From positions 1 through 45,917 of the forward strand of contig DATJUL010000274.1 of assembly GCA_035502295.1 (NCBI GenBank): DNA of 45,917 bases. Direction: 5' to 3'. The notes under the pieces were generated by a model. That model made no database searches, was not told where the DNA came from, and saw only the letters and a program-made list of their open reading frames with translations. Every line of letters starts with the position of its first letter. Within the stretch, counting starts at the first letter, position 1. Of this stretch, positions 1-11,216 are shown piece after piece. This stretch comes from Stellaceae bacterium. GTDB taxonomy: Bacteria > Pseudomonadota > Alphaproteobacteria > ATCC43930 > CGMCC-115725. Position numbers and translations under genes: made by a program.

Positions 1-276
1 CAGCACCAAAAACGCTGCCAGCGCCAGCAGTTGCAACAGCAATAAGGGTCGCAGGCTGGAGATTCCGGCCTGTTCGAGAGCGCCCGCCAGCAGGCGCGTC
101 AGCAGCAGCACAAGCATGAAGACCGGGACCGCCAGGATGTAGGAGAATACGGCAGGGTTGCCGGCGACGAGATGGGCCGCCAGCACGACCAGATTGCCGG
201 TGATGTGGGCCGTGAAGAGCCCGCTCATGCCGAGGAAACCGATCGTGTCGGTCGCGCCGGCGATGCCGCTGAGCAC
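1..276 (-). CDS. DUF1275/YoaK-family inner-membrane protein, partial (C-terminus lies beyond the left window edge)
   Basis: Manual minus-strand translation gives (V/M)LSGIAGATDTIGFLGMSGLFTAHITGNLVVLAAHLVAGNPAVFSYILAVPVFMLVLLL..., which is the hallmark N-terminus of DUF1275 proteins. A GTG lies at 274-276. An in-frame ATG at 313-315 has a GAGGAA Shine-Dalgarno but is separated from the GTG by a TGA at 277-279 (see findings). Confidence 0.6.
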   Translation of the reverse strand, partial: MLSGIAGATDTIGFLGMSGLFTAHITGNLVVLAAHLVAGNPAVFSYILAVPVFMLVLLLTRLLAGALEQAGISSLRPLLLLQLLALAAFLVL

Positions 277-413
277 TCACGGCAAGGCGCTGGCGAGCCG
301 CTCGACCGCCGGCATGTCTGGGCTTCCTCGGACTAACGATCGCGCGGCAGTGCTTCTCATTGCAGGCACCGGCTCGACCTTGGTCTCGGCTCCGCTTGTG
401 AATCGGGCCCCGT

Positions 414-1859
414 TCAATCTCCCCGGCTCGCGATATACTGTTTGACCATTTTTGCCGGATCGACGACGCGGTCGAATGTCGCCTCGTCGACAAAGCCGAG
501 CTGCAGCGCCGCCTCTTTCAGCGTCAAATCGGTGTTCATTGCGTGGTGCGCGATCGCGGATGCCTTGTCGTAGCCGATCACCGGCGCCAATGCCGTCACC
601 AGCATCAGCGAGCGGTCTACGTATTCAGCGATCTTCTTGCGGTTCGGCCGCGCGCCTTCGACGAGGAACTGGCGGAAGTTGGTGCAGCCGTCGGCCAATA
701 GCGTGATTGACTGGGCGAGATTGGCGATCATCAGCGGCTTGTAGACGTTCATCTCCAGATAGCCGCCGGCCCCGCCGAACCCGACCGCGACGTCGTTCGC
801 CATGACCTGCACGGCGATCATCGTCAGCGCTTCCGCCTGCGTCGGATTGACCTTACCGGGCATGATCGACGAGCCGGGCTCGTTTTCCGGGATCGAGAGC
901 TCGGCGAAGCCGGCGCGCGGCCCGCATGACAAGAGCCGGATGTCGTTGCCGATCTTGTAGAGCGAGACCGCCAGCGTGCGCAGCGTGCCGGACAGCTGGA
1001 CGAGCGCGTCGTGCGCGCCTTGGACGGCGAATTTGTTCGGCGCGCTGACAAACGGCAGTTCGGTGAGCCGGGCGATTTCGGCGGTAGCCGTCTCGGCGAA
1101 ACCGGGCGCGGCATTGATCCCGGTGCCGACCGCGGTGCCGCCGAGCGCGAGCCGGTAGATGCCCTTCAGCGCCGCATCGATCCGTTCGAGGTCATCGGAC
1201 TGCATGCCCGCATAGCCGGACCATTCCTGGCCCAAGGTCAGCGGCGTCGCGTCCTGCATGTGGGTGCGGCCGATCTTGACGATGTCGTCCCATTCCGCGG
1301 CCTTGGCGGCGATCGCGTCGCGCAGCGTCGTCAACGCCGGAACCAGTCGCTGCTTCACATTGACCGCAGCCGCGATATTCATTGCCGACGGGAAGGTGTC
1401 GTTCGAGGATTGCGACATGTTGACTTGGTCGTTTGGATGCACCGGCTGCTTGCTGCCGAGCGGCGTTCCCGCCAGCTGGCAGCAGCGGTTCGAGATAACC
1501 TCGTTGACGTTCATGTTGAATTGTGTGCCGCTGCCGGTCATCCATACGTGCAGCGGGAACATGTCGTGGTGTTGGCCGGCGAGGATCTCGTCGCAGACCC
1601 GCAGGATGAGGTCGTGGATCTGGCCGTCGAGGCGGCCGCCGGCGTAGTTGGCCGCGGCCGCAGCGCGCTTCAGAACCGCGTAGGCGGTGATCATCTCGCG
1701 CGGGATCAGGTCGTGGCCGATGCTGAAGTGCTGCAGCGAGCGCTGCGTTTGCGCTCCCCAGAGCTTGTCGGCGGGGACCTCGATCTCGCCCATCGAGTCG
1801 CTCTCTCGTCGTGTCCCGGTCGCGGAAACGTCAAGGTTTGGATGCGCCGCATCGTTCAT
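414..1859 (-). CDS. fumC: class II fumarate hydratase
   Basis: 481-aa ORF. It has the N-terminal [22 protein letters not shown] and the [13 protein letters not shown] signature of the fumarase/aspartase family. ATG at 1857-1859 with a GGAGGA SD about 8 nt upstream. Confidence 0.95.
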   Translation of the reverse strand: MNDAAHPNLDVSATGTRRESDSMGEIEVPADKLWGAQTQRSLQHFSIGHDLIPREMITAYAVLKRAAAAANYAGGRLDGQIHDLILRVCDEILAGQHHDMFPLHVWMTGSGTQFNMNVNEVISNRCCQLAGTPLGSKQPVHPNDQVNMSQSSNDTFPSAMNIAAAVNVKQRLVPALTTLRDAIAAKAAEWDDIVKIGRTHMQDATPLTLGQEWSGYAGMQSDDLERIDAALKGIYRLALGGTAVGTGINAAPGFAETATAEIARLTELPFVSAPNKFAVQGAHDALVQLSGTLRTLAVSLYKIGNDIRLLSCGPRAGFAELSIPENEPGSSIMPGKVNPTQAEALTMIAVQVMANDVAVGFGGAGGYLEMNVYKPLMIANLAQSITLLADGCTNFRQFLVEGARPNRKKIAEYVDRSLMLVTALAPVIGYDKASAIAHHAMNTDLTLKEAALQLGFVDEATFDRVVDPAKMVKQYIASRGD

Positions 1860-2242
1860 ATCGCCGCTCCTCCGATGTCATTGGGATACTTAATGCAGCT
1901 CCACCGGCGGACCGATCCGACGCGACAGACCGCGTGCCAGCAAGTCCAATACGGCGGCCGGGTACCTTGCAAGGCCTGCTCGCGCAGCATGCGCGAACGA
2001 GCGGTACATGAGCCCGGCAAAGAGACCCTCGATGAAGAAGCCAAGAGGAAGCCCATCATGTCAGACCACAAGCCGCTGCGGAATGGGCTGCGCGGCAGCC
2101 AACCGGTCACCTGGCCGAGGGTCCACAAGATCGCAACGAGCGCGACCGTCGACCAGTGAAACCAGACCGTGGCCGCATCGTAGTGCTCGTCCCGTCGCGT
2201 TTGTGCACACGGCGCCGAACGAACGATCCCTGCGGGTGGCAT
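1856..2242 (-). CDS. hypothetical protein. The N-terminal ~50 aa resemble the first helix region of cytochrome b561 family proteins. Possibly degraded.
   Basis: 128-aa ORF whose stop overlaps the fumC ATG (ATGA). The segment [25 protein letters not shown] resembles the cyt b561 N-terminus, but the rest is Arg/Cys-rich and not membrane-like. An alternative frame (..[16 protein letters not shown]..) looks more protein-like, which suggests a frameshift. Confidence 0.3.
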   Translation of the reverse strand: MPPAGIVRSAPCAQTRRDEHYDAATVWFHWSTVALVAILWTLGQVTGWLPRSPFRSGLWSDMMGFLLASSSRVSLPGSCTARSRMLREQALQGTRPPYWTCWHAVCRVGSVRRWSCIKYPNDIGGAAI

Positions 2243-2265
2243 TGGATGGCGCTCCGGGTTCTACG

Positions 2266-3912
2266 TCACTCCCGGTAGACGGGCCGGTAGGCCTGGGCGC
2301 GGATCAACGCGCCGACATCATCCGGTCGCGGCACGCGAGCAAGGCCGTTGTCGAAGATATAAGCGGCGACCCGCTCGGCGACATGCAGCGAGGCTTCCAG
2401 GATGTGGCTCTGCGGCGGATAGATGAGCCCCGTCGCGAGGTCCTCTTCGGTCACCTGTTCGGCAACCGCCCTTGCCGCGATGATGAACATCTCCTCGGTG
2501 ACCCGCATCGCTTCGGTGGCGAACACTGCCATGCCCATCGCCGGAAAGATGTAAACGTTGTTTCCCTGGCCCGGCACGAACTTGTGGCCGGCGATCTCGA
2601 CCGGCGGGAACGGGCTGCCGCTGGCGAAAACCGCCCTGCCGTCGGACCAGCGATATGCCTCTTCGGCCGTGCATTCGGAGCGCGAAGTCGGGTTCGAATA
2701 GGGAAAGACGATCGGCCGCTCGTTGATCTGGGCCATCGCTTCGATGACCTCGCGCGTGAACAGTTTCGGCACGGTGCTGACGCCGATGATGCCGGTCGGC
2801 CGGATCGCCCTGACGGCTTCGACAAAGGTCGACACCGCGGGCCGATCCTGCGCGAACGGCTTCTGGAAATCCGCCAGATCGGTCCGCGAGGTGACAAGCA
2901 GGCCATTGATGTCGAACAGGGCGTTGCGCTGCCGCGCCTCGGCGATGTCCATGCCCTCCATTGCTATGGCCTGGCTGATCAATTCGGCAATGCCGGTTCC
3001 CGCCGAACCGCCGCCGAGAAAGAGGAAGCGCTGCTCGGTGAGTTTCTGTTTGGTGATGCGCAATGCGGCGAAGATGCCGGCCAGCGCGATTCCCGCGGTT
3101 CCCTGGATGTCGTCGTTGTAGGTGCAGATCCTGTCGCGATAGCGCCCGAGGATCGGGACGGCGTTGATGTTGGCGAAATCCTCCCACTGGATGCAGCATT
3201 TCGGATAGAGCGTCTCTGCCGCATCGACAAACTCGTCGACAAAGGCCAGGTACTCGTCGCCGCGGACACGGTGCCGGCGCAGGCCGAGATAGAGCGGGTC
3301 CTCGAGCAGCTGCTCGTTGTTCGTGCCGACATCGAGGACGACCGGCAAAGCGTATTGCGGCGGTACGCCGGCGCAGGCGGTGTAGAGCGCCAATTTGCCA
3401 ATTGGGATGCCCATGCCGCCGGCGCCCAGGTCGCCGAGGCCGAGGATCCGCTCGCCATCCGTCACGACGATGAAGCGCACATCCTGTTCCGGCCAGTTGC
3501 CGAGGATCTCCTTGACCCGACCGCGCGCGCTGATCGGCAAATACATACCCCGCGCCGAACGGAAGATATGGGCAAACTTCTGGCACGCCTCGCCGACCGT
3601 CGGGGTATAGACGAGCGGCATGTAAGTCGCCGGATCGGACATCAGCACGGCGTAGAACAACGTCTCGTTGCGCGCCTGCAAGTCGGACAATACGAGGTAT
3701 TTCTGCAGATCGTCATCGAGATTGGCGATCTCGCTGTGCCGGCGCGCGATCTGCAAATCGATGTTCGTGACGGCCGGGGGCAGCAACCCTTCGAGGCCGT
3801 ATTTCCGGCGCTGTTCCAGCGTGAAGGCGGTGCCTTTGTTGCGTCTCGGGTCGTGCAGCAGCGCTTGGCCGTGAAGACCTTCGGGGGTCCGAGTGTCGAT
3901 CGTATGGGGCAT
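2266..3912 (-). CDS. maeA: NAD(P)-dependent malic enzyme (SfcA/MaeA type, no PTA-like domain)
   Basis: 548-aa ORF. Contains LLHDPRRNKGTAFTLEQRRKYGLEGLLPP, the VVTDGERILGLGDLG motif and the NAD-binding FLGGGSAGTGIA. ATG with a GGAGA SD. Confidence 0.92.
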   Translation of the reverse strand: MPHTIDTRTPEGLHGQALLHDPRRNKGTAFTLEQRRKYGLEGLLPPAVTNIDLQIARRHSEIANLDDDLQKYLVLSDLQARNETLFYAVLMSDPATYMPLVYTPTVGEACQKFAHIFRSARGMYLPISARGRVKEILGNWPEQDVRFIVVTDGERILGLGDLGAGGMGIPIGKLALYTACAGVPPQYALPVVLDVGTNNEQLLEDPLYLGLRRHRVRGDEYLAFVDEFVDAAETLYPKCCIQWEDFANINAVPILGRYRDRICTYNDDIQGTAGIALAGIFAALRITKQKLTEQRFLFLGGGSAGTGIAELISQAIAMEGMDIAEARQRNALFDINGLLVTSRTDLADFQKPFAQDRPAVSTFVEAVRAIRPTGIIGVSTVPKLFTREVIEAMAQINERPIVFPYSNPTSRSECTAEEAYRWSDGRAVFASGSPFPPVEIAGHKFVPGQGNNVYIFPAMGMAVFATEAMRVTEEMFIIAARAVAEQVTEEDLATGLIYPPQSHILEASLHVAERVAAYIFDNGLARVPRPDDVGALIRAQAYRPVYRE

Positions 3913-3930
3913 CGCGTGTTCTCCGCTGGA

Positions 3931-4542
3931 TTAGGGGGACAAATGGCCGGCGCCGAGCGCGAGCGGCAGGACGCACAGCGAGCGCACGCCCTGCGCGCCG
4001 TGGATCAACACACCTTCGATGTCCGCGGTGGCCGACGGGCCGGTGTGGAATGCGGCATAGCGACGGTTGCGCAATTCGGGCCGGCGATAGGCGTGGTGCA
4101 GGTTGACGACGATGTAGGCGGGGTCGAGCAGGACGATCAGGTGCTGCGCTAGATAAGCGAGCGCATTGATCTGGAGATCCGCGTCGGTCAGCAGCACCGA
4201 GCCGGTCTCGGCGACGGCGAAGGCGGCGCGGACGATCGCGACATCGACGTCCGCCAGATCCTGCGGCCGTCCGACGCTGCCGATGGCGCGGCTGCCGACG
4301 ATCTCCGGCACGATCGAGCATACAACCTTGGCAGCGGCAATCTTGTCGCGCACCGGCATGAGCGGATCACCCGCTGCGGGCGGATGGAGAAATGCGCCGC
4401 CCATTCGCTGCAGGCTGTCCTTGAACATCCACAGCAACAGCGGCCGCGGCTTGCCGTCGAACAGCGGTACGTCGGGGAGCGGCCGATCGAGCCGCGGCCG
4501 GTTTTGCCGGACCGACGCCAGGATATCGTCGCGGCTCGTCAT
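3931..4542 (-). CDS. lutC: lactate utilization protein C (LUD domain, YkgG family)
   Basis: C-terminal 203 aa of the 3931..5010 ORF, starting MTSRDDILASVRQN. Contains AVAETGSVLL, typical of the LUD domain. Its ATG overlaps the lutB stop (ATGA at 4539-4542). Confidence 0.85.
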   Translation of the reverse strand: MTSRDDILASVRQNRPRLDRPLPDVPLFDGKPRPLLLWMFKDSLQRMGGAFLHPPAAGDPLMPVRDKIAAAKVVCSIVPEIVGSRAIGSVGRPQDLADVDVAIVRAAFAVAETGSVLLTDADLQINALAYLAQHLIVLLDPAYIVVNLHHAYRRPELRNRRYAAFHTGPSATADIEGVLIHGAQGVRSLCVLPLALGAGHLSP

Positions 4543-6077
4543 TCTTTTGCTCCGCGGTTCGCCTGGTACCAGCCGTGAAAAGTCTCTTTCGGCGGATGCG
4601 GCACCTCGCGATGGCGGCCCCAGGCGTTGAGGCCGTTGTAAATGACGAAGCGCGGGAGATGAGCGAGCGCCGTATCGGCGGCGGCAATCGCAGCGCGGTA
4701 GGCCGCGGGATGCGACAGCAATTCGCCGGCCGCCTTCATTGCCACGCGCTTTGCCAGCGGCACCTCGTGCCGCTTCACCAGTTCGCGGCGCCAGGCGTAG
4801 ATCTGCTCGTGGATGTTGATCTTGACCGGGCAGACATTGCTGCAGCTGCCGTTCAATGTCGAAGCGAACGGCAGATTGCTGTATTTGTGCGCATTGAATG
4901 TCGGATCGATGATCAGGCCGATCGGCCCCGAATAGGTGGCGCCGTAGCTGAGACCACCGCTGCGCCGATAGACCGGGCAGGTATTCATGCAGGCGCCGCA
5001 GCGGATGCATTTGAGTGAAGTCCAGAATTCTTCCATGCCGAGGCGGTCGGACCGGCCGTTGTCGACCAAGACGAAATGCATCTCGCCGCCTTCTCGCGGT
5101 CCCCTGAAGTGCGAGGTGTATTGCGTGATCGGCGAGCCCAATGCGCTGCGCGACAACAGGCGCACGAATACCGCCAGATCGTCGAGGCGCGGTATGATCT
5201 TCTCGATGCCGATCGAAGCGATGTGCAGTTTCGGCACATTGGCCGAGAGGTCGGCATTGCCCTCGTTGGTGCAGACGACGACGCTGCCGGTCTCGGCGAC
5301 CGCGAAATTGCAGCCGGTCATGCCCGCATCGGCGGCGAGGATCAGCGGCCGCGTCGCTTGGCGCTGCGCCTCAGCCAAGTAGTGCACGTCGCTGTTGTCG
5401 GGATCGGTGCCGATCGTCCTGGCGAACACCTCGGCGACATCGGTCCGCAGTTTGTGGACTGCGGGCACGACGACATGGCTCGGGTCCTCGTTGTCGAGCT
5501 GCTGGATGCGCTCGCCGAGATCGGTCTCGACGACGTCGATGCCGACCGAGGCCATGTAGGGCCGGAAGCCGCATTCCTCGGTCAGCATCGACTTGCTCTT
5601 GATCAGCGACTTGGCGCCGTGATCCTGCAGGATGCCGTGGACGATGCGGTTGTGCTCGGCGGTGTCCTTCGCCCAATGCACATGAACGCCGTTCGTGCGC
5701 GCATTGGCCTCGAACTGTTCGAGATACTCGTCAAGGCGCGTCAGCGCATGCTCCTTGATCGCCGCGGCCAGCTCGCGCAATTCCTCCCACTCGTCGATGC
5801 CGTGCATCTCTCGGTCGCGCTTCTGCCGCAGGTCCCATAGGCGCTCGTCATGCATCATCTCGTGCGCGGGCGCGGCGATGAAACGCGCGGCGGCTTCCGC
5901 CTGATCGATCGGGCGCCGACCATGGGCCTCGGCGCCGCGCGGCTGCGGCTCGGGGCGCGGCCGCAGCGGCTTCGAAGCCGCCTCGGCATGATCGAGGCGG
6001 CGGCCGTCGCGGACGATTGCCTCGGCGTCATCCGATGCCAGCAGCTCGGGGTGCAGCATCGGCTCAGGGGCGGTCAT
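4539..6077 (-). CDS. lutB: lactate utilization iron-sulfur protein LutB (YkgF family)
   Basis: Starts at MTAPEPM inside the 583-aa ORF. Contains the 4Fe-4S motifs CIRCGACMNTCPVY and CSNVCPVKI plus a LUD domain (FAVAETGSVVV). Its start overlaps the lutA stop (ATGA). Confidence 0.9.
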   Translation of the reverse strand: MTAPEPMLHPELLASDDAEAIVRDGRRLDHAEAASKPLRPRPEPQPRGAEAHGRRPIDQAEAAARFIAAPAHEMMHDERLWDLRQKRDREMHGIDEWEELRELAAAIKEHALTRLDEYLEQFEANARTNGVHVHWAKDTAEHNRIVHGILQDHGAKSLIKSKSMLTEECGFRPYMASVGIDVVETDLGERIQQLDNEDPSHVVVPAVHKLRTDVAEVFARTIGTDPDNSDVHYLAEAQRQATRPLILAADAGMTGCNFAVAETGSVVVCTNEGNADLSANVPKLHIASIGIEKIIPRLDDLAVFVRLLSRSALGSPITQYTSHFRGPREGGEMHFVLVDNGRSDRLGMEEFWTSLKCIRCGACMNTCPVYRRSGGLSYGATYSGPIGLIIDPTFNAHKYSNLPFASTLNGSCSNVCPVKINIHEQIYAWRRELVKRHEVPLAKRVAMKAAGELLSHPAAYRAAIAAADTALAHLPRFVIYNGLNAWGRHREVPHPPKETFHGWYQANRGAKE

Positions 6078-6817
6078 GCGCTGGCTCCATTCAGGATCTG
6101 GGCGATGTGGATGAATTTGATCGGCACGCCGATTCGCTCGGCGCAACCCTGCTGATGCATCAAGCAGGAGCTGTCGGCCGAGACGATGTACTCGGCGCCC
6201 GCGCGGGCATGGTCGCTGACCTTGTCGTAGCCCATCTCGGTCGACACGACCTCCTCGAAGACCGAGAAGGTGCCGCCGAAACCGCAGCATTCGTCGGGGC
6301 GCGCCGGGGTAACGAACTCGATCCCCTCGACTTTCGACAGCACGTCCAAGGGTTTCGAGTAGAACGGCTCGTGCAGTTCCGAGGGTGTCGCGTGCTTCAG
6401 CCGCCGCAAGGTGCCGCAGCTGTTATGCAATCCGACCCGATGTGGAAACCGCGCCCACGGAAAAGCTTCGACCTTCAGGATGTCGTGCAGGAATTCGACC
6501 AATTCGTAGGTGCGCGCACGGACTTCCCGTACTTCGGCGGTCTGTTCTATCGCGTCGAAATTGTCGCGCACGTGGTGGACGCAGCTGCCGGACGGCGCGA
6601 CGACGTAGTCGAAGCCGGCAAAATTGCGCACGAACAGCGCCTCGGTATCGGCGCACTCGGCGTTGAACCCGCTATTAGCCATCGGCTGGGCACAGCAGGT
6701 CTGGTCGCCCGGATAGATGACCTCGTGGCCGAGGCGCTCCAGTAATTCGAGCGTGGCAACGCCGACCTCCGGAAAGAAGGCATCGATGTAACAGGGGATG
6801 AAAAGCCCGATGCGCAC
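6074..6817 (-). CDS. lutA: lactate utilization Fe-S oxidoreductase LutA (CCG-domain, YkgE family)
   Basis: 247-aa ORF. Starts MRIGLFIPCYIDAFFPEVG and has two CCG-type cysteine motifs (DQTCCAQP, DECCGFGG). GTG start with a GAGGTGA SD. Confidence 0.9.
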   Translation of the reverse strand: MRIGLFIPCYIDAFFPEVGVATLELLERLGHEVIYPGDQTCCAQPMANSGFNAECADTEALFVRNFAGFDYVVAPSGSCVHHVRDNFDAIEQTAEVREVRARTYELVEFLHDILKVEAFPWARFPHRVGLHNSCGTLRRLKHATPSELHEPFYSKPLDVLSKVEGIEFVTPARPDECCGFGGTFSVFEEVVSTEMGYDKVSDHARAGAEYIVSADSSCLMHQQGCAERIGVPIKFIHIAQILNGASA

Positions 6818-6845
6818 GCGTCACCTCGTTCAAAATGGTCGTCCC

Positions 6846-8051
6846 TCACGCAGCTAGGCGGAGGTGTGGGCCTTGCCAAACCTCGGCCAGGGCATCGACG
6901 AGCGCATCGATGTCGGCATCGCTGTGCAGCGGTGTCGGTGTCAGCCGTAACTTCTCGGTACCACGCGGTACCGTCGGATAGTTGATCGGCTGGATATAGA
7001 TGCGATGCTGGTGCAGCAGCTGGTCCGAGGCTGCTTTGCAGCGCGCCGCATCGCCGATCAGCACCGGCACGATATGGCTCTGCGACGGCATGACAGGCAA
7101 TCGGGCCGCGATTAAACGCTGCTTCACCAGCACAACGCGCTCCTGATGGCGCTGACGCTCCTCCCCGCTCTGCTTTAAATGGCGCACCGCGGCGAGCGCG
7201 CCGGCCGTCAGGGCGGGCGGCAGTGAGGTCGTGAAGATGAAGCCCTGAGCATGACTGCGCACATAGTCGACGAGTGCGGCCGAGCCGGTGATGTAGCCGC
7301 CCATCACGCCGAACGCCTTGGCCAGCGTGCCCTGAATCACGGTCGGGACGCGCGCGACGCCGTCGCGCGCGGCGATGCCGCTGCCGCGCGGGCCATAGAG
7401 GCCAACGGCGTGAACCTCGTCGAGATAGGTCATTGCGCCGTATCGCTCGGCGACGTCACACAGCTCGGCGATTGGCGCGATGTCGCCATCCATCGAGTAG
7501 ACCGACTCAAAGCAGACGAGCTTCGGCCGCTCGGCAGGCAGCCCGGCGAGGATGCGGGCCAGGTCATGCGGATCGTTGTGTTGGAAAATGTGCTTCTCGG
7601 CGCGGCTGTTGCGGATGCCGGCGATCATCGAGGCGTGGTTCAGTGCGTCCGACACGACGATCATGCCGGGTATCGTTTGCGCCAAAGTCGACAGCACCGC
7701 TTCGTTGGCGACATAGCCGGAGGTAAAGACCAGCGCCGCCTCGCGCCGGTGCAGGTCGGCGAGTTCGGCTTCCAGCAGCAGGTGCAGATGGGTGTTGCCC
7801 GAGATGTTGCGGGTGCCGCCGCTGCCGGCGCCGAACTTGCGGGTGGCGCCGATCATCGCCTCGACCACCGCCGGGTGCTGGCCCATGCCGAGATAGTCGT
7901 TCGAGCACCAGACCGTGACTTCGCCGCCGACGCGGTGATCGAAGGCGCGCGGAAAGCGGCCGCAACGCCGTTCGAGATCGGCGAACATGCGGTAGCGGCC
8001 CTCTGCGCGAAGACCGTCGAGGCGCTCTTTGAAAAAGCCTTCGTAGTCCAT
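6846..8051 (-). CDS. hemA: 5-aminolevulinate synthase
   Basis: Starts [28 protein letters not shown]. The [13 protein letters not shown] and SMDGD regions are typical of alpha-oxoamine synthase/ALAS. The start was chosen at the internal ATG (8049-8051), which has an AAGGTGA SD. The ORF track extends to 8090. Confidence 0.92.
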   Translation of the reverse strand: MDYEGFFKERLDGLRAEGRYRMFADLERRCGRFPRAFDHRVGGEVTVWCSNDYLGMGQHPAVVEAMIGATRKFGAGSGGTRNISGNTHLHLLLEAELADLHRREAALVFTSGYVANEAVLSTLAQTIPGMIVVSDALNHASMIAGIRNSRAEKHIFQHNDPHDLARILAGLPAERPKLVCFESVYSMDGDIAPIAELCDVAERYGAMTYLDEVHAVGLYGPRGSGIAARDGVARVPTVIQGTLAKAFGVMGGYITGSAALVDYVRSHAQGFIFTTSLPPALTAGALAAVRHLKQSGEERQRHQERVVLVKQRLIAARLPVMPSQSHIVPVLIGDAARCKAASDQLLHQHRIYIQPINYPTVPRGTEKLRLTPTPLHSDADIDALVDALAEVWQGPHLRLAA

Positions 8052-8184
8052 CTTCGTCACCTTCTCTTCGCTCGGCGCCAGGGCACTCACGAGACACTGT
8101 TCTTGTAGGCAGACCCCGCCGAGAACCCTGCCGCGGCAGCGGGAGGCTGAGGGGCGAACACCGTAGAGATCGGAGCCTGCACCC

Positions 8185-8964
8185 TCACCCGCGCTCGGCC
8201 ATCATTCGCTTGGTATTGGCGATCGCGCGCGCCGGGTTGAGCCCCTTTGGGCAGGCGCTGGTGCAGTTCATGATCGTGTGGCAGCGATAGAGGCGAAACG
8301 GGTCCTCGAGCCGGTCGAGGCGCTCGCCGGTGCGCTGATCGCGGCTGTCGGCGAGCCACCGGTAGGATTGCAGCAGGATCGATGGGCCGAGATACTTGTC
8401 GGGATTCCACCAATAGCTCGGACACGAGGTCGAGCAGCAGAAACACAGGATGCACTCCCACGACCCGTCGAGCTGGGCCCGCTCCTGTGGTGACTGGCGG
8501 CGCTCGCGGTCGGGCGGCGGCTGGTCGCTTTGCAGCCAAGGCTCGATCAGTTCGTACTGCGCGTACAATCCCGTGAGATCGGGGACGAGGTCTTTCAGCA
8601 CCGTCATATGCGGCAGCGGCGTGATCCGGCTCGTCCCTTTCTTCAGATCGTCGATCGGGGTCAGACAGGCGAGCCGGTTCTTCCCGTCGATGTTCATCGC
8701 GCAGGAGCCGCACACGCCCTCCCGGCACGACCGCCGGAAGGACAGTGTCGGGTCGATCTGGTCATTAATCTTGATCAATGCGTCGAGCACCATCGGCCCG
8801 CAGTGATCGCGATCGATGTCGAACGTATCCATCTGCGGGTTGGCATTCTTTTCCGGGTCCCAGCGATAGATCCGAAAGCTCTTGACATGCTCGGCGGGTT
8901 TCGGCAGCGCCCAGTGCTTGCCTTCGCCGACCTTCGAGTTTGCGGGGAGGGTGAATTCGGACAT
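8185..8964 (-). CDS. sdhB: succinate dehydrogenase iron-sulfur subunit
   Basis: Starts [11 protein letters not shown]. The Fe-S cluster motifs [27 protein letters not shown] and [15 protein letters not shown] are present. Confidence 0.95.
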   Translation of the reverse strand: MSEFTLPANSKVGEGKHWALPKPAEHVKSFRIYRWDPEKNANPQMDTFDIDRDHCGPMVLDALIKINDQIDPTLSFRRSCREGVCGSCAMNIDGKNRLACLTPIDDLKKGTSRITPLPHMTVLKDLVPDLTGLYAQYELIEPWLQSDQPPPDRERRQSPQERAQLDGSWECILCFCCSTSCPSYWWNPDKYLGPSILLQSYRWLADSRDQRTGERLDRLEDPFRLYRCHTIMNCTSACPKGLNPARAIANTKRMMAERG

Positions 8965-8983
8965 TGCGGTGGCCTCGTTCGTC

Positions 8984-10777
8984 CTAGTGGGTGCGCTCGG
9001 CGGGTGGGAAGCTCGGCGCCTCGTTGGAGAGCGCATGGAGGTGCACCGGGCGGTAGGCGAAGCGAACGTTCCAGTCCGCGTCCTTCCACGCGCAGGTGTG
9101 TTTCAGCCAGTTCTCGTCGTCGCGCTTGTGGTAATCCTCGCGCGCATGCGCGCCGCGCGACTCGGTGCGTGCACAGGCGGAATGCGCAATGACGACCGCC
9201 TGATCTGCGAGATTGGCGAGTTCAAGAGCCGAGACCAACGCCACATTCCACATCAGCGACGGGTCGTCGACTGTGACGCGCTCCAGCGGGTCGCGCAGGG
9301 CTTCGAGCTTCTGCAAGCCCTCCTGCAAGGTATCGCCGCGGCGAAAGACGGCGAAGCCCGCTTGCATCGTTTCCTGCATCAACGGCCGGATCTCGCCGGG
9401 CTTGTTGCCGCCCTTGCTGTGGCGCATCCGGTCGAAGCGCTCGATGGCGCGCTCCTGCGAATGGCCATTGGCCTCCGGCACCCGCGATCCCGGCTTGACG
9501 ATCTCGGCCGCGCGCAATGCCGCGGCGCGCCCGAAGACGACCAGGTCCAACAGGCTGTTGGTGCCGAGCCGGTTGGCGCCATGTACCGAGACGCAGGCCG
9601 CTTCGCCGATCGCCATCAGCCCCGGCACCACCGCGTCCGGGTCGTCCTTGGTCGGGCAGACGACCTCCGCCCTGATCGTCGTCGGGATGCCGCCCATCAC
9701 GTAATGGACGGTCGGGATCACCGGGATCGGCTGCTTATGCGCATCGACGCCGGCAAATATGCGCGCCGTCTCGACAATGCCGGGCAGGCGCTGATCGAGG
9801 ACCTCCGCCGGCAGTTGCTCGAGGTGCAGGTAGATGTGGTCCTTTTTCTCGCCGACGCCGCGCCCCTCGCGGATCTCGATCGCCTCGGCGCGGCTGACGA
9901 CGTCGCGAGAGGAGAGATCCTTCTCGCGCGGCGCATATTTGGGCATAAAGCGCTCACCCGTGCTGTTGGTCAGATAACCGCCCTCGCCCCGCGCGCCCTC
10001 GGTGATCAGGCAGCCGGCGCCGTAGATGCCGGTCGGGTGGAACTGGATGAATTCCATGTCCTGCAACGGCAGCCCGGCGCGCAATACCATCGCATTGCCG
10101 TCACCGGTGCAGGTGTGCGCGGAGGTGCAGGATTGGTAGACCCGGCCGCACCCGCCGGTCGCAATGACCGTCATATTGGCGCGGAAGCGATGGATCGATC
10201 CGTCTTCCAGACACCAGGCCAGCAATCCATGGCAGGCGCCATTCTCGTCCATCAGCAGGTCAGTGGCAAAATACTCGATAAAGAAGCGCGCCTGGTGCTT
10301 CAGGCATTGCTGGTAGAGCGTGTGCAATATCGCGTGGCCAGTGCGGTCCGCGGCGGCGCACGCCCGATAGGCCATGTCGCCCTTCGCATATTCGGTCGTG
10401 TGCCCGCCGAAGCGGCGCTGATAGATCGTCCCGGCCTCGGTGCGGCTGAACGGCACGCCCAAATGCTCGAGCTCGATGACCGCGGGGATCGCCTCGCGGC
10501 ACATGTATTCGATGGCGTCCTGGTCGCCGAGCCAGTCCGAGCCCCTGACCGTGTCAAACATGTGCCAGCGCCAGTCGTCCTTTTCCATATTGCCGAGCGC
10601 GGCACTGATGCCGCCCTGCGCGGCGACGGTGTGGCTGCGGGTCGGGAACACCTTGGTGACGCAGGCGGTGTTGAGGCCCGCCGCGACGATGCCGAGGGTT
10701 GCGCGCAATCCGGCCCCTCCGGCGCCGAGGACGACGACGTCGAATGAATGATCGATGATGTCGTAGCTGTTGGGCAT
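8984..10777 (-). CDS. sdhA: succinate dehydrogenase flavoprotein subunit
   Basis: Starts [26 protein letters not shown]. Contains [10 protein letters not shown] (the covalent FAD histidine region) and HGANRLG. The upstream 109 codons of the ORF are Arg/Ala-rich and non-coding-like. Confidence 0.96.
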   Translation of the reverse strand: MPNSYDIIDHSFDVVVLGAGGAGLRATLGIVAAGLNTACVTKVFPTRSHTVAAQGGISAALGNMEKDDWRWHMFDTVRGSDWLGDQDAIEYMCREAIPAVIELEHLGVPFSRTEAGTIYQRRFGGHTTEYAKGDMAYRACAAADRTGHAILHTLYQQCLKHQARFFIEYFATDLLMDENGACHGLLAWCLEDGSIHRFRANMTVIATGGCGRVYQSCTSAHTCTGDGNAMVLRAGLPLQDMEFIQFHPTGIYGAGCLITEGARGEGGYLTNSTGERFMPKYAPREKDLSSRDVVSRAEAIEIREGRGVGEKKDHIYLHLEQLPAEVLDQRLPGIVETARIFAGVDAHKQPIPVIPTVHYVMGGIPTTIRAEVVCPTKDDPDAVVPGLMAIGEAACVSVHGANRLGTNSLLDLVVFGRAAALRAAEIVKPGSRVPEANGHSQERAIERFDRMRHSKGGNKPGEIRPLMQETMQAGFAVFRRGDTLQEGLQKLEALRDPLERVTVDDPSLMWNVALVSALELANLADQAVVIAHSACARTESRGAHAREDYHKRDDENWLKHTCAWKDADWNVRFAYRPVHLHALSNEAPSFPPAERTH

Positions 10778-10788
10778 TGTTGGCCTCC

Positions 10789-11205
10789 CTATCGACCGAG
10801 GAACAGCTTGAGGACAGCGAGCACGCTGGCGCCGGCCAGCACGATCGCAGTAGCGCGCACCAGCAGCTCGGCGGCGACCAGCCGGGCGCGCGCGTGCATG
10901 TAGTCGACGAGGACCGAGCGCAACCCGACGACCGCATGCGCGAACAACGCCAGCACAAAGAGGATGGTCAGCAGCGCCGGCACCGGCGAACTCAGCCATT
11001 GCGCCGCGGTCACTTGGTCGGATCTGGTCAGCCGCAGCATCGAGGCCACGAAATAGAGCCCCAACGGAATGAGTGCCAGCGCTGTGCGACGCTGCAACCG
11101 CCATTCCCGCAGGCCGTCACGGGCACTGCCTAGATGGCGCACGCGGCGCAGCACGTTTTCGTCGCGCAGTGCGGTCGCATTCGGCAAAGAGCGTGTGTTT
11201 GCCAT
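10789..11205 (-). CDS. sdhD: succinate dehydrogenase membrane anchor subunit
   Basis: 138-aa C-terminal part of the 10789..11625 ORF, starting MANTRSLP. It has three hydrophobic helices and sits between sdhC and sdhA. Confidence 0.85.
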   Translation of the reverse strand: MANTRSLPNATALRDENVLRRVRHLGSARDGLREWRLQRRTALALIPLGLYFVASMLRLTRSDQVTAAQWLSSPVPALLTILFVLALFAHAVVGLRSVLVDYMHARARLVAAELLVRATAIVLAGASVLAVLKLFLGR

Positions 11206-11216
11206 CGCAACCTCCG

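Noticed and set aside
2008-4152. Very long plus-strand ORFs antisense to well-supported genes. Examples are 1011..2159, 2008..4152, 8882..10747, 16534..17892 and 41359..43065, plus minus-strand shadow ORFs such as 18586..19857 and 2318..3586.
   Set aside because: Their translations are Arg/Ala/Gly/Pro-rich and low-complexity, with no recognisable motifs. Each overlaps a gene with clear family signatures on the other strand or frame. This is typical of stop-poor shadow frames in high-GC DNA.
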